A stretch of DNA of 64,000 bases from an uncultured Roseburia sp. (GCA_900542495.1 UQNW01000002.1:159469-223468); one strand, 5' to 3'; positions 10,162-20,741 are shown, counted from the first letter of the stretch. A program made the numbers and translations. The notes: a model not told the origin generated them from the sequence alone.

Positions 10162-11313
10162 TTATCTTGCACTCATCTTTTTTTCAATAAACTCATAAGC
10201 AGCCGCTTCTGTCCCCAAAATCTCATCCACATCCGGATGTGCGATAAACTCTGCATTTTCCATACACGCTTCAATAAACTCTGTGATCTCTAAATAAGAA
10301 ATCTTCCGGTCTAAAAACAGACTGACTGCTTTCTCATTTGCCGCATTATAAACGGTTGGAATATTTCCGCCCTTTTCCATCGCCTGATATGCCAGTGCGA
10401 GTCCCCGGAAGGTGTCGGTATCCGGCTTTTCAAACGTAAGGTTTGCAATCTCAAAAAGATCTAACCGTTTGCCGGATAAATTTCTGCGCTCCGGATAATA
10501 GAGTGCATACTGGATTGGCAGGCGCATATCCGGTGTGCCGAGCTGCGCGATCACTGCTCCATCCTGATATTCCACTGCGGAATGAATGACACTCTGCGGA
10601 TGTACCACAACCTGAATCTGGTCTAGTGTCACATCAAAGAGCCATTTTGCTTCCATTACTTCCAGACCTTTGTTGACGAGTGTGGAGGAATCTATCGTAA
10701 TCTTTCTTCCCATGCTCCAGTTCGGATGCTTTAGGGCATCTTCCACCTGAATGTCTTTTAAATCGTCGAGTTTTCTTCCACGGAACGGTCCGCCGGAAGC
10801 TGTCAGCAGTATTTTGCTGATCTTATTATCTCCTGCGCCCTGTAATGACTGGAAAATGGCACTGTGCTCACTGTCTACCGGAAGGATTGGTACATCATAT
10901 TCCTTTGCAAGCGGGATAATGATATGTCCGGCAGTCACAAGAGTTTCTTTATTTGCCAGTGCGATTTTCTTTCTGGCTTTAATGGCTGCAATGGTAGGTC
11001 TGATTCCCAGCATTCCGACAATCGCTGTCACTAAAATCTCACTTTCCGGAATCACCGATACCTCAAGAAGTCCCTCCATTCCAGATACGATCTTGATACC
11101 AAGATCTTTCGTGTTCGTCCGAAGTTCAGACGCTTTCTTCTCATCCCATACACTGACTAACGCTGGATGAAACTCACGCATCTGCGCTTCTAATAATTTA
11201 ATATTGCTTCCGGCAGCCATTGCAACAACCTGAATATCTCCCTGTTCTCTCACAATATCCAGTGTCTGTGTTCCGATTGATCCGGTGGAACCTAAAATTG
11301 CAATTTTTTTCAT
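10162..11313 (-). CDS. dxr: 1-deoxy-D-xylulose 5-phosphate reductoisomerase
   Basis: GSTGSIGTQTLDIV NADPH-binding N-terminus and characteristic Dxr length (383 aa). Confidence 0.9.
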   Translation of the reverse strand: MKKIAILGSTGSIGTQTLDIVREQGDIQVVAMAAGSNIKLLEAQMREFHPALVSVWDEKKASELRTNTKDLGIKIVSGMEGLLEVSVIPESEILVTAIVGMLGIRPTIAAIKARKKIALANKETLVTAGHIIIPLAKEYDVPILPVDSEHSAIFQSLQGAGDNKISKILLTASGGPFRGRKLDDLKDIQVEDALKHPNWSMGRKITIDSSTLVNKGLEVMEAKWLFDVTLDQIQVVVHPQSVIHSAVEYQDGAVIAQLGTPDMRLPIQYALYYPERRNLSGKRLDLFEIANLTFEKPDTDTFRGLALAYQAMEKGGNIPTVYNAANEKAVSLFLDRKISYLEITEFIEACMENAEFIAHPDVDEILGTEAAAYEFIEKKMSAR

Positions 11314-11351
11314 GTTATGTTGTCCTCACTTTCGCTCCTGCTTCGTGTACA

Positions 11352-12158
11352 TTATAATTTTATAAAATTCACTGCCAGAAAATAAATGATTGGTGCTGTA
11401 AAAATCACACTGTCAAACCGGTCTAAAATACCGCCATGTCCCGGAATCAGTTTTCCATAATCTTTGATCTCGTAATTTCTCTTGATAGCAGACGCGGTAA
11501 GATCTCCGACCATAGAAATCAATGCACCAACCGCACTGATTCCTGCCATGATCCATACATGTGTCTGATCGATCTGCATCGCATTTTTAAAGATCATACC
11601 GTAAATGATTGTAAGAAGCGCAGCTCCTACAACACCGCCAACTGCACCCTCTATGGATTTCTTCGGGCTTAATTTTGGTGACATTTTGTGTTTTCCAATC
11701 AACATTCCAACGCAATAGGCGCAGGTGTCACATCCCCAGGAACAAAGGAAAATGATCCATACAATATAAGCTCCCGCCTCGATCATACGTGTCTGGTACA
11801 CATAGGAAAGCATCACTGCCACATAAAAGACACCAAAAAAAGCAGCCAGAACCTGTTCTGTCTTATACTTCGGATAAGTAAAAACATAGGCAGACATCAT
11901 AAGAATCAAAACGCCCAACACAAATACCATAGTATCCGGCAGAAATGCAAATTTCAGATTGCAGTAATACAGCGTTGCGCCGAGATAACCAATGATTCCC
12001 ACTGCCTCTTTTTCAATATGGAAAATACGATATAATTCAAACATTCCAATATAGGAAATGATCAGTGTGGAAACCAATAACACATCTCCACCTGTAATGA
12101 TCAGAACAAGTGCAGCGATCACTAACACAATTCCACTTAATAATCTTGTTTTAAACAT
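11352..12158 (-). CDS. cdsA: Phosphatidate cytidylyltransferase
   Basis: Polytopic membrane protein with the C-terminal CdsA signature (GHGGILDRFDS). Confidence 0.85.
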   Translation of the reverse strand: MFKTRLLSGIVLVIAALVLIITGGDVLLVSTLIISYIGMFELYRIFHIEKEAVGIIGYLGATLYYCNLKFAFLPDTMVFVLGVLILMMSAYVFTYPKYKTEQVLAAFFGVFYVAVMLSYVYQTRMIEAGAYIVWIIFLCSWGCDTCAYCVGMLIGKHKMSPKLSPKKSIEGAVGGVVGAALLTIIYGMIFKNAMQIDQTHVWIMAGISAVGALISMVGDLTASAIKRNYEIKDYGKLIPGHGGILDRFDSVIFTAPIIYFLAVNFIKL

Positions 12159-12877
12159 TATTTTTCTCCATCCTCTTCTGACAGTGCACCAAACCTGCGG
12201 TCACGCTTATTATATGCTTCCACTGCCTTTTCTAATTCTTCTTTATGGAAATCCGGCCACGGAACTTCCGTAAAATAAAATTCACTGTAAGCTAACTGCC
12301 ATAACAGATAATTGGATAATCTCTGCTCACCGCTGGTACGGATCAGAAGATCCGGGTCCGGAATATCTCTGGTATCTAAATATGCTTCAAAATGTGTCTC
12401 ATCAATCTCCTGTTCCGAAAGCTTTCCGTCACGCAGATCTGCATACATCTTTCTCATGCCACGGATCATCTCATCACGGCTTCCGTAATTAATGGCAATC
12501 TGAAGATTTAAGCCATCGTTATGCGCAGACGCCGCCTCCAATTCCTGAATCTGTTTCTGGAACTTTTCACTGAGCTTTGTCGTATCACCGATCACTCTGA
12601 CACGCATGTTATTCTTATCTGCAGTTTTAATACAGTTTTTCAGATAAGATTCCAATAACTTCATCAGCGCACTTACTTCATTCTCCGGGCGGTTCCAGTT
12701 CTCGGTAGAGAAAGCATACAATGTCAGATACTTTATTCCCATATCATGGGCAGCCTGGCAGACCGTTTCTACATTCTTGGCTCCAACGGTGTGACCGTAG
12801 TTTCTTGGCATTCCTTTGCTTTTTGCCCATCTTCCATTTCCATCTAATATGATTGCTACATGCTGAGGAATTTTCAT
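12158..12877 (-). CDS. uppS: Undecaprenyl diphosphate synthase (cis-prenyltransferase)
   Basis: HVAIILDGNGRWA and downstream RLSNYLLWQ motifs. Confidence 0.9.
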   Translation of the reverse strand: MKIPQHVAIILDGNGRWAKSKGMPRNYGHTVGAKNVETVCQAAHDMGIKYLTLYAFSTENWNRPENEVSALMKLLESYLKNCIKTADKNNMRVRVIGDTTKLSEKFQKQIQELEAASAHNDGLNLQIAINYGSRDEMIRGMRKMYADLRDGKLSEQEIDETHFEAYLDTRDIPDPDLLIRTSGEQRLSNYLLWQLAYSEFYFTEVPWPDFHKEELEKAVEAYNKRDRRFGALSEEDGEK

Positions 12878-13032
12878 ATTATCCTAATAAATCCTTTCTG
12901 ATACTGTTTCCAAGGAAACAAAAATCATCTAACAACTTTTATTGCGGGTTTTCACCGCATATCTTTAAAGTTACGAAAATGAGGACACGATTTTCTCATG
13001 CCCCCACTCCTTCTTATATTTCAAAACGAAAC

Positions 13033-13584
13033 TTATACAGTTAAAATCTCTTTTGTTTTAACCTCCACTGCCTCATCAACAGCAGCAATATATTTATCTG
13101 TCATTTTCTGTGCATTTTCTTCTAATGCTTTAATCTCGTCCTCAGAAACATCTTCTTTTGCAAGTTTCTTAAAGGAATCATTTGCATCACGACGGATGTT
13201 ACGAATAGCTACTTTTGCACTTTCACCTTTCTTCTTTACATCCTTTGCAAGATCTTTACGTCTTTCCTCTGTCAGTTCCGGGAATAAAAGACGGATTGTT
13301 TTTCCATCATTGGTAGGATTGATTCCAAGATCAGATGTCATAATCACTTTCTCGATCTCTTTGACCATGGAAGCCTCCCAAGGCTGGATCTGAATCATTC
13401 TAGGTTCCGGAACATTTACGTTTGCCACCTGCTGGATTGGTGTTGGTGTTCCATAATAATCAACTCTCAATTTATCAAGAACATGTGGGTTTGCACGTCC
13501 TGCACGGATGCTTCCGAATTCCTCTGATAAATTGTTCATGGTTTTCTGCATTTTTTCATCAAACTGAACTAATCTCTCGTCCAT
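13033..13584 (-). CDS. frr: Ribosome recycling factor
   Basis: 183 aa. RRF motifs (IRAGRANP, LTEERRKDL). Confidence 0.9.
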   Translation of the reverse strand: MDERLVQFDEKMQKTMNNLSEEFGSIRAGRANPHVLDKLRVDYYGTPTPIQQVANVNVPEPRMIQIQPWEASMVKEIEKVIMTSDLGINPTNDGKTIRLLFPELTEERRKDLAKDVKKKGESAKVAIRNIRRDANDSFKKLAKEDVSEDEIKALEENAQKMTDKYIAAVDEAVEVKTKEILTV

Positions 13585-13608
13585 AAATCCTCCTTGTTTT
13601 CCACCTAT

Positions 13609-14304
13609 TTATACAGTTACTTTTGTACCGTTAAATTCTCCGCTCATTGCTTTCACAATGCTATTTTCTTCATTTAATCCAAATACATACATTGGCATTT
13701 TATTCTCCATGCACATAATGGATGCTGTGAGATCGACTACCGCAAGTTTCTGGTCAATGACTTCCTGAATTGATACTTCATCATATTTCTTAGCTGAAGG
13801 ATTCAGCTTTGGATCACTGTCATAAACACCATCGATTGCCTTAGCAAGATAAATACCTTCTGCTTCCATCTCGATCGCACGCAATACAATTCCTGTATCT
13901 GTAGAGAAATATGGATGACCTGTACCACCGGCAAAGAATACGATCTTTCCTTCGTTAAAGCATTTATTTGCTTCATCCTTTGAGAAAAGTTTTGTCATGC
14001 TTCCACATAAAAATGGAGTAAAAATCTCTGTCTCCATTCCAACCGAACGGAAAATCTCAGATACATAAATACAGTTCATGATCGTTGCTAACATACCGAT
14101 CTGATCTGCCTTTGGTCTGTCGATTGTCTCAGAAGTTCTTCCTCTCCAGAAGTTACCTCCACCGATCACAATACCGATCTGGATTCCTTTGTCTGCAATC
14201 TGTTTTACCTGTTTTGCAACTTCTGTAACGGTTGGTTCATCAAAACCTGTATGTTTTTCACCGGCTAAAGCTTCTCCGCTTAATTTCAAAAAAACTCGTT
14301 TCAT
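13609..14304 (-). CDS. pyrH: UMP kinase
   Basis: KLSGEAL N-terminus and GGGNFWRG motif. Confidence 0.9.
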   Translation of the reverse strand: MKRVFLKLSGEALAGEKHTGFDEPTVTEVAKQVKQIADKGIQIGIVIGGGNFWRGRTSETIDRPKADQIGMLATIMNCIYVSEIFRSVGMETEIFTPFLCGSMTKLFSKDEANKCFNEGKIVFFAGGTGHPYFSTDTGIVLRAIEMEAEGIYLAKAIDGVYDSDPKLNPSAKKYDEVSIQEVIDQKLAVVDLTASIMCMENKMPMYVFGLNEENSIVKAMSGEFNGTKVTV

Positions 14305-14328
14305 TTATGAATCCGTTTCCTTTCTGGA

Positions 14329-15153
14329 TTATTCATTATTCTTGGCAGCAAAAAGGCTCTCAACATCAACATCTGAGTAGCACTGGGAGCAGAAACCTTC
14401 GATGACTGCACCATTGTTGATCTGTACAGAACGGGATTTGATGTTACCCATAACAACAGCGGATGTGTCAACGACAACAGGTCCCTGGACATCAATGTCA
14501 CCTTTGATTGCACCTGCAATAACTGCAGATGAAGATGTTACATTACCAATGATCACAGAGCCAAGTCCGATCTTAACAGTTCCGGTGCTTACGACTTCTC
14601 CCTCAATTTTAGCTGCATCAGCAAAAAATTCAGAAGAATTGCTGTTACCTGTTACTGTACCTGTTACAACAAGTTTTCCGTTACATCCAATGTCTCCCTG
14701 AACGTTTCCTCTGATATCTAAAGATCCGTTTGATACGATATCTCCTTTGATGATCGTTCCCTCTGTGATTACAGATACCTCATCTGATACTGGTTTTGTC
14801 TCATTGACAACTGGTGTTACATTGTCTGCCATTTTTCTTTCCTCCTGCGTATTTTTCACTTCATTTGCTGGCATTACTGGCTGTTCCGGTTTCTTTGCAA
14901 CCGTCTGCTGTACATTCGGTGTAACAGGAACAGATTCTTTTTTCACTGGTGTCTGCTGTTTTGCAGTCTGAGATGTTACCTGCTCTAAAAGGCCATCTAA
15001 CTTTGATAATTCAGATTCAACATCTACTTCATTTTCCAGTGTGTTCACTACTAAATCTTCATCGGCAGTGTTGTCTTCTAAATTGTCTTCACCTGGCATT
15101 AATTCATTCACAGCCTGTGAAAAATCATCTTTAAAATCTTTAAAAAATCCCAT
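14329..15153 (-). CDS. Bactofilin-family cytoskeletal protein with long disordered N-terminal region
   Basis: The C-terminal ~120 aa consist of bactofilin/DUF583-type beta-helix repeats (G.I.G.V.G). The N-terminal ~150 aa are acidic and low-complexity. Confidence 0.6.
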   Translation of the reverse strand: MGFFKDFKDDFSQAVNELMPGEDNLEDNTADEDLVVNTLENEVDVESELSKLDGLLEQVTSQTAKQQTPVKKESVPVTPNVQQTVAKKPEQPVMPANEVKNTQEERKMADNVTPVVNETKPVSDEVSVITEGTIIKGDIVSNGSLDIRGNVQGDIGCNGKLVVTGTVTGNSNSSEFFADAAKIEGEVVSTGTVKIGLGSVIIGNVTSSSAVIAGAIKGDIDVQGPVVVDTSAVVMGNIKSRSVQINNGAVIEGFCSQCYSDVDVESLFAAKNNE

Positions 15154-15176
15154 AATCTTCCTCCATTTATATTTAG

Positions 15177-16160
15177 CTAATCAATGCTGTCTGCCTTGAC
15201 ATATTGAATAACTGATGTATCTTCATCAATCGGTAAAATCTCAGCGCCCATTTCATTTAATGCCTCAATCATTGGTACTAATGCCTCTACCGTTGTTGAC
15301 TTATCGGATGCGTCATGCAGTAAAACAACTGACGTTTTATATTTTACTACATCATCTACCACATTCGCAACTATTTCCTCTGCAGAATATGCATTTGATG
15401 CTGCATCCCCCGCAGAAATGTTCCAGTCATAATAGATAACGCCCTGTTCATTCAGATAATGGATAAAATCACTCATTGGTACATTACTGATCTGATTACT
15501 GCTTCCCCCCGGGAAACGGTAATAAATGCTCTCTACACCGGTTACCTGATACAATTCATCACGTAAGCGGTTAAAATCTTCCTCGAAAGCATCTTTCGAC
15601 TGATAAATCTGACTGTATTTGTTGGAATAAGAATGCATACCGAGTGTATGCCCTTCCTCCACGATCCTTTTATATAATTCCTGTGAATCTTCATCTTCTT
15701 TTCCGACTACAAAAAAAGTAGCCTGGACATTATACTGCGCTAAAATATCAAGAATTGCCCCTGTATTCTCAGACGGTCCGTCCTCAAAAGTAAGATAAAC
15801 TTTATGTACATCGCCCTCACTGGCGAGATTATCTTCCTCAGATATCCCGGTTGCCGGAGGCGTCACAGAATCGTAATCGCTCTTTGTCTCCGTTGCTTCT
15901 GTAACGTCCGTATAAACAGACTCCCCTGCGCTTTCCGGTTTCTGCGCATTTTCCTGCTGTGTCTGCTCCACAGTGCTTACTGTTACGATCTGGTCAAGCT
16001 TATGCTGGATCTTTATCACCTGCACAAACAAAACCGCAATCAAGATCATGGAAATGATGATCCAGCCGGCAATTGTAAAAATAATGCCATTCCGGATCCG
16101 CCCAATTCTCTTTCTGCGCTTTCTTTGATTATTTATTACCTCTGCATCATGATCCTGCAT
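15177..16160 (-). CDS. Membrane-anchored polysaccharide (peptidoglycan) deacetylase, NodB family
   Basis: N-terminal TM segment. NodB motifs TFEDGP and HSYSN plus an LLHD-type motif. Confidence 0.75.
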   Translation of the reverse strand: MQDHDAEVINNQRKRRKRIGRIRNGIIFTIAGWIIISMILIAVLFVQVIKIQHKLDQIVTVSTVEQTQQENAQKPESAGESVYTDVTEATETKSDYDSVTPPATGISEEDNLASEGDVHKVYLTFEDGPSENTGAILDILAQYNVQATFFVVGKEDEDSQELYKRIVEEGHTLGMHSYSNKYSQIYQSKDAFEEDFNRLRDELYQVTGVESIYYRFPGGSSNQISNVPMSDFIHYLNEQGVIYYDWNISAGDAASNAYSAEEIVANVVDDVVKYKTSVVLLHDASDKSTTVEALVPMIEALNEMGAEILPIDEDTSVIQYVKADSID

Positions 16161-16196
16161 GGAATAGTCCTCACGTTCCTCTTTCGTTTCCTATCT

Positions 16197-16224
16197 ATTG
16201 TAACACATTTTTTCATTTGTGCAA
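16197..16224 (-). promoter_or_regulatory. Candidate sigma-A promoter for the deacetylase gene (-35 TTGCAC, 16-nt spacer, extended -10 TGTTACAAT)
   Basis: Read on the minus strand: TTGCAC at 16219..16224 and TACAAT at 16197..16202, preceded by TGT. Confidence 0.35.
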
Positions 16225-16278
16225 CAGAAAAGGGGCGAAGCCGCAAAAACAGCTCTGTCCCTTTCATTTCATAAAATA

Positions 16279-17970
16279 TTATTCTAATGTGAATTTGTTT
16301 ACGATCTCCCGCAGTTCATCAACACACTGGTAACATTCTTTCACTTTATCCGTTGTGCTTGAGGTCTTTTCAACCATATCCGATGTTTTTTCTGCAATAT
16401 CCGTAACGCCGACAGAGGATTCACCTACCGTATCATTAATGCCGCTTAAAGCACCTGCAATCTGCTCGATTGCGCCTGCGAGCTGCGCCATGGAATTCTT
16501 GATACCTTCCATGCTGTTCTTAAATACATTCGCATCATCCTTATATTGTTCACTAACCTGTTCAAATTCTTTGTAATCAGCAGATACGCTCTTCTCAAGG
16601 AACTCTGTTGTCTCTTCCAGACATTCCGACATATTTCCAACTGCCTCATTGACTTCTTTGACGATCGTGCTGATATTTGCGATTGCCTGTGAAGTCTGGT
16701 CTGCAAGGCTTCCAATCTCTGTTGCAACAACTGCAAATCCACGTCCGGCTTCCCCTGCTCTGGCTGCCTCGATTGACGCATTCAACGCCAGAAGGCTTGT
16801 CTGGGAGGAAATCTCCATGATTGTTCCGGTCAGTTCATTGATCTTATCAACTGCTTTCGAACCTTCGATTGCTTTTTCTGCTTTCTCTTTTACAGAATTA
16901 TAAATATCCATTGTCTTATTGCTTGCGGCGACAGTCTTGGTACGAAGCTGCAAAGCACGATCCATGACAGTCTCAGAATTTTTAGCACCGTCTTCTGCCA
17001 TGGTATTGATATTCTCGGCTTCCTCTTTGATCTGTGTTACATTTTCATTGATCGTAACGGTCGTTGCTGCTGTTTCCTGCATGCCGGCTGCAAGCTCCTG
17101 GCTGGTTGCAGAGTTATCAGAACACATCTGGTTTACTGTATCCGTAACCTCGTTTAACTCAGACACATTCTCATTGATCTTCTGTCCGGCATCCTGAATA
17201 TTAGCAACCATTTCACGCAGATTTTTACGCATAATATGCATTTCCGTTGCCATAATCCCGATTTCATCTTTTCTGCTGTATAATTTTCTGCTATTAACAT
17301 TATGTGTAAAGTCAAAATTAGCTGTTCTGGTAATAATATAAGTCAGCTGGTGAATTGGTTTTGTGAGCATGTTTGTCAAACCCCATGCCGCCAGACAGCT
17401 GATGATCAGACAAACGCCCATGGTAACCGCCATCAGCCTGACCATATTGGTGATCGGTTCCATGATCTCACCTTTATCAGCAGACATCACAACAATCTTA
17501 TGGTCAGATGTCAGTGCATATGCAGCATATTTGACTGTTCCATTAAAATCATAAGTAACAACTGCATTCTGCGGAACATTTCCTGACTGTAACTGGCTGA
17601 CAACGCCCTTTACAACCTCGTTCTCCACAGGTTTACCAATCTTATCAGCGGTCGGATGATATAACATCGTACCGTCAGAATCTACAAGATATCCATATGC
17701 GGAACTAATGCCTTCCATACTCATGTCCTGCATGACATAGGTGCATTGGGTAGCAAAATCCAGATCTGACGGAATCTTGTCCAAGGTTTTTGCTGTTGAC
17801 TCTGTAAGACTCAAAATAAAATTCTCATTGACATTGCTTACTGCCGCCGAAGATCTTACATTTGCGATTGAAATACACGCCATAAGCGATAAAGCCACCA
17901 TCACAACCACCATTAACATGATCTTTGCTGCGATGGAGTTGATAAATGATACTTTTTCTTTTGTTTCCAT
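16279..17970 (-). CDS. Methyl-accepting chemotaxis protein (N-terminal sensor/TM, HAMP, MCP signalling domain)
   Basis: Highly conserved MCP signalling-domain core ([16 protein letters not shown]) and two TM segments flanking a periplasmic sensor region. Confidence 0.85.
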   Translation of the reverse strand: METKEKVSFINSIAAKIMLMVVVMVALSLMACISIANVRSSAAVSNVNENFILSLTESTAKTLDKIPSDLDFATQCTYVMQDMSMEGISSAYGYLVDSDGTMLYHPTADKIGKPVENEVVKGVVSQLQSGNVPQNAVVTYDFNGTVKYAAYALTSDHKIVVMSADKGEIMEPITNMVRLMAVTMGVCLIISCLAAWGLTNMLTKPIHQLTYIITRTANFDFTHNVNSRKLYSRKDEIGIMATEMHIMRKNLREMVANIQDAGQKINENVSELNEVTDTVNQMCSDNSATSQELAAGMQETAATTVTINENVTQIKEEAENINTMAEDGAKNSETVMDRALQLRTKTVAASNKTMDIYNSVKEKAEKAIEGSKAVDKINELTGTIMEISSQTSLLALNASIEAARAGEAGRGFAVVATEIGSLADQTSQAIANISTIVKEVNEAVGNMSECLEETTEFLEKSVSADYKEFEQVSEQYKDDANVFKNSMEGIKNSMAQLAGAIEQIAGALSGINDTVGESSVGVTDIAEKTSDMVEKTSSTTDKVKECYQCVDELREIVNKFTLE

Positions 17971-18124
17971 AACTATAACACTCCTTCTTGTTTTCTGGTC
18001 TGTGTAACATCAGCACTACATTAGTAATAATTATGTTAACTTCTTTATAGACACAATGATAAGGCACTTTCCAACATTTGGCAAGGCTTTTCAACAATAT
18101 TTTACAGCCATTTTTATAAATTAC

Positions 18125-18166
18125 TGACAAAAAATGCCCTAAAAACATAACCGTCCTCAGGGCATT
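18125..18166 (-). terminator. Putative intrinsic terminator downstream of tsf
   Basis: AATGCCCT...AGGGCATT stem followed by TTTTTTG on the minus-strand transcript. The loop is long (~18 nt), so confidence is moderate. Confidence 0.4.
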
Positions 18167-18181
18167 TCAAAATCGTATTTT

Positions 18182-19117
18182 TTATGCGTTCATTTGAGCT
18201 GCAACTTCTGCTGCGAAATCTTCCTGTTTCTTCTCGATACCCTCACCAGTCTCGAAACGAACAAATCTCTTAACGCTTACAGGTGTTCCAACTGCTTTGG
18301 ATACTTCGTCTAAGTATTTTGCTACAGTCTGTTTTCCGTCTTCAGCTTTTACATAAACCTGATCTACTAAGCAGATCTCTTTTAATTCTTTGCTTACACG
18401 GCCTTCGATCATTCCGTTGATTACTTTCTCAGGTTTCTGAGACTCTTTTGGATCGTTCATGATCTGTGCTAAGAGGATCTCTTTCTCATGAGCAATGTAT
18501 TCTGGGCTGATTTCATCTCTTGTAACATATTTTGGATTTAAAGCTGCAATCTGCATTGCAAGGTTTGTTAAAGCTTCTTTTACAGTGTCATTGACAACTG
18601 CTGTCTCAGCTTCAACGATAACACCGATTCTACCACCGCCGTGTACATAGGAAACAACACATCCGTTTGTAGCAACAACTTTCTCAAATCTACGGATTTT
18701 AAGGTTCTCACCGATAACTGCAACTTTTTCTACTAAAGCATCTTTTACAGTCTTAGAAGCATCCTCATTCCATTTTTCTTCCATGAATGCATCCATATCA
18801 GCTGCATCAGACTCAACTGCCTGCTCTGCAACAGCTTTTACGAACTGCTGGAAAGTCTCGTTCTTAGCAACGAAGTCTGTCTCAGAGTTAACTTCAACAA
18901 CAGCTGCTGTCTTGTCATCTTTCATAACAACGGTACAAAGACCTTCTGCAGCGATTCTGCTTGCTTTCTTCTCAGCTTTTGCCTGTCCATTTTTTCTTAA
19001 GTACTCAACAGCCTCGTCCATATTTCCGTCTGTCTCGCCTAAAGCTTTTTTACAATCCATCATTCCTGCGCCTGTTAATTCGCGCAGTTCTTTTACCATA
19101 GCTGCTGTAATAGCCAT
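18182..19117 (-). CDS. tsf: Elongation factor Ts
   Basis: MAITAAMVKELRE N-terminus. GGAGGA RBS before the ATG at 19117. Confidence 0.9.
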   Translation of the reverse strand: MAITAAMVKELRELTGAGMMDCKKALGETDGNMDEAVEYLRKNGQAKAEKKASRIAAEGLCTVVMKDDKTAAVVEVNSETDFVAKNETFQQFVKAVAEQAVESDAADMDAFMEEKWNEDASKTVKDALVEKVAVIGENLKIRRFEKVVATNGCVVSYVHGGGRIGVIVEAETAVVNDTVKEALTNLAMQIAALNPKYVTRDEISPEYIAHEKEILLAQIMNDPKESQKPEKVINGMIEGRVSKELKEICLVDQVYVKAEDGKQTVAKYLDEVSKAVGTPVSVKRFVRFETGEGIEKKQEDFAAEVAAQMNA

Positions 19118-19153
19118 TTTCGTATCCTCCAATATGAATAAATGTTTTTAAAA

Positions 19154-19184
19154 AATATGCTGTCTGGTTATCCAGACAGCATAT
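19154..19184 (-). terminator. rpsB-tsf intergenic hairpin (attenuator or partial terminator)
   Basis: Perfect 13-bp inverted repeat ATATGCTGTCTGG-ttat-CCAGACAGCATAT followed by TTTTTTAAAAA on the minus-strand transcript. Confidence 0.5.
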
Positions 19185-19196
19185 TGTAGGTCCTTC

Positions 19197-19937
19197 TTAT
19201 GCCTCTGCTTCTTCTGTAGCAGCAGCTTCTTCAGCTACTTCTTCTAAAGCTTCTGCACCCTGATTTGCTTCAATAACAGCGTCTGCCATTTTAGAAACGA
19301 TTAATTTTACGGCTCTGATAGCATCATCATTACCAGGAATTACATAATCTAATTCTTCTGGATCGCAGTTTGTATCAGCAATACCGATCAATGTGATTCC
19401 TAATGTATGAGCTTCCTGAACACAGATTCTCTCTTTCTTAGGATCTACGATAAAGATAGCATCTGGGATTTTCTTCATTTCCTTGATACCACCAAGGTTT
19501 TTCTCTAATTTCTCCCATTCTTTCTTAAGAGCGATAACTTCTTTCTTAGGTAATACTTCGAAAGTACCATCAGCTGCCATTGTCTCAATCTCTTTTAATC
19601 TTGCGATACGGCTCTGGATAGTTTTGAAGTTTGTTAACATACCACCTAACCATCTCTCGTTTACATAGAACATTCCGCAACGCTCTGCTTCAGATTTGAT
19701 AGCATCCTGAGCCTGTTTCTTTGTTCCTACGAAAAGGATTGTACCACCTTCAGCAGCGATATCAGACATAGCTTTGTAAGCTTCATCTACTTTACCTACA
19801 GATTTCTGTAAGTCGATGATATAGATACCATTTCTCTCTGTGTAGATGTATGGAGCCATTTTAGGATTCCATCTTCTTGTCTGATGTCCGAAATGAACAC
19901 CTGCTTCTAATAACTGTTTCATTGAAATAACACTCAT
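19197..19937 (-). CDS. rpsB: 30S ribosomal protein S2
   Basis: [27 protein letters not shown]. Start chosen at 19937 with a GGAGGT RBS. Confidence 0.9.
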   Translation of the reverse strand: MSVISMKQLLEAGVHFGHQTRRWNPKMAPYIYTERNGIYIIDLQKSVGKVDEAYKAMSDIAAEGGTILFVGTKKQAQDAIKSEAERCGMFYVNERWLGGMLTNFKTIQSRIARLKEIETMAADGTFEVLPKKEVIALKKEWEKLEKNLGGIKEMKKIPDAIFIVDPKKERICVQEAHTLGITLIGIADTNCDPEELDYVIPGNDDAIRAVKLIVSKMADAVIEANQGAEALEEVAEEAAATEEAEA

Positions 19938-20067
19938 TTTTTTACCTCCATGGTTTTGTTTTCTTCCATGTGTATCATTCTCACAGACAACCAATCTGGC
20001 ACCGGTCTGTAAGTCAGCACATGTGATTTTTCCCGGAAAATTCTTTTTTCCAAGTTGAGCCTTGTAG

Positions 20068-20096
20068 ATTATAGCACAGGCTTATCCTGTATGCAA
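20068..20096 (-). promoter_or_regulatory. Sigma-A promoter for rpsB-tsf (-35 TTGCAT, 17-nt spacer, -10 TATAAT)
   Basis: Consensus-like hexamers read on the minus strand: -35 at 20091..20096 and -10 at 20068..20073. They are followed by a ~120-nt leader. Confidence 0.55.
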
Positions 20097-20147
20097 GCAT
20101 TTTTTCCTGATTTTGCAAATTTTATAAATTTTGATTTAACATATTTC

Positions 20148-20741
20148 TTATTGTGGTCCAAGCTTTAAAATCTGATAGATTTCCTCATAATCTAATCCAT
20201 AAGGAATTGTATAACTTCCAACACTAATGGAAGATGCAAAACCTTTCTGTGCGAGAAACTTCCGGAATGCCTCCGCATCATCCACTATTCCGTTTGCCTG
20301 AAGGTTCTCACAGACAACCCTGCACACATCGCCTCTGTTTACAACAAGTGTATACGGAGCGGCACCCTCTATCGTACCATTATCTGTATTTTCTGTTCCA
20401 GTAATTTCGGTATCTGTTGTAACTGTGTCTGTCTGATCCGGTGTTTCTGTAGCAGCCGGTTCTTCTGTAGTGGCAGGATTCTCGGTATCCGTCTCTGTCT
20501 GCACAGTTTCCGTATTTTCTTCTGTAGTTTCAGAAACTTCTGTAGCTTCGGTCGTCTCTGTATTTTCTGTGGACCGCAAAGGTTCTTCGTCCTCCGGCAT
20601 GATCATTCCAAGCTGCTTCGCCCTGTTTATCACATCCGCATCCGACATTACCGGTTTATGCAGAGCAAATGCGATCATCAAAAGTACCGTCGTGACAATA
20701 ATTCCAATGCCAAGACCTCTTAAATAATATTTTAATTTCAC
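20148..20741 (-). CDS. Hypothetical membrane-anchored protein with Thr/Glu-rich acidic linker and conserved C-terminal domain
   Basis: N-terminal TM (GLGIGIIVTTVLLMIAF). A ~90-aa T/E/D-rich low-complexity linker is encoded by imperfect DNA repeats. The C-terminal ~70 aa form a globular domain. ATGA overlap with the upstream gene. Confidence 0.5.
   Translation of the reverse strand: MKLKYYLRGLGIGIIVTTVLLMIAFALHKPVMSDADVINRAKQLGMIMPEDEEPLRSTENTETTEATEVSETTEENTETVQTETDTENPATTEEPAATETPDQTDTVTTDTEITGTENTDNGTIEGAAPYTLVVNRGDVCRVVCENLQANGIVDDAEAFRKFLAQKGFASSISVGSYTIPYGLDYEEIYQILKLGPQ

Noticed and set aside
12878-13032. Possible hairpins (GCGGTGAAAACCCGC; GAAAAT...ATTTTC) between frr and uppS
   Set aside because: The stems are short and AT-rich and have no clear U-tract. 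This is insufficient to call a terminator or attenuator.
16161-16278. GC-rich segment GGGGCGAAGCCGC downstream of the MCP gene considered as a terminator
   Set aside because: I could not find a consistent inverted repeat when pairing by hand. Only the candidate promoter for the next gene is reported.
17971-18124. Searched for a sigma-28 (FliA) promoter upstream of the MCP gene
   Set aside because: There is no convincing TAAA-N15-GCCGATAA element. The hairpin in this interval is assigned as the tsf terminator.
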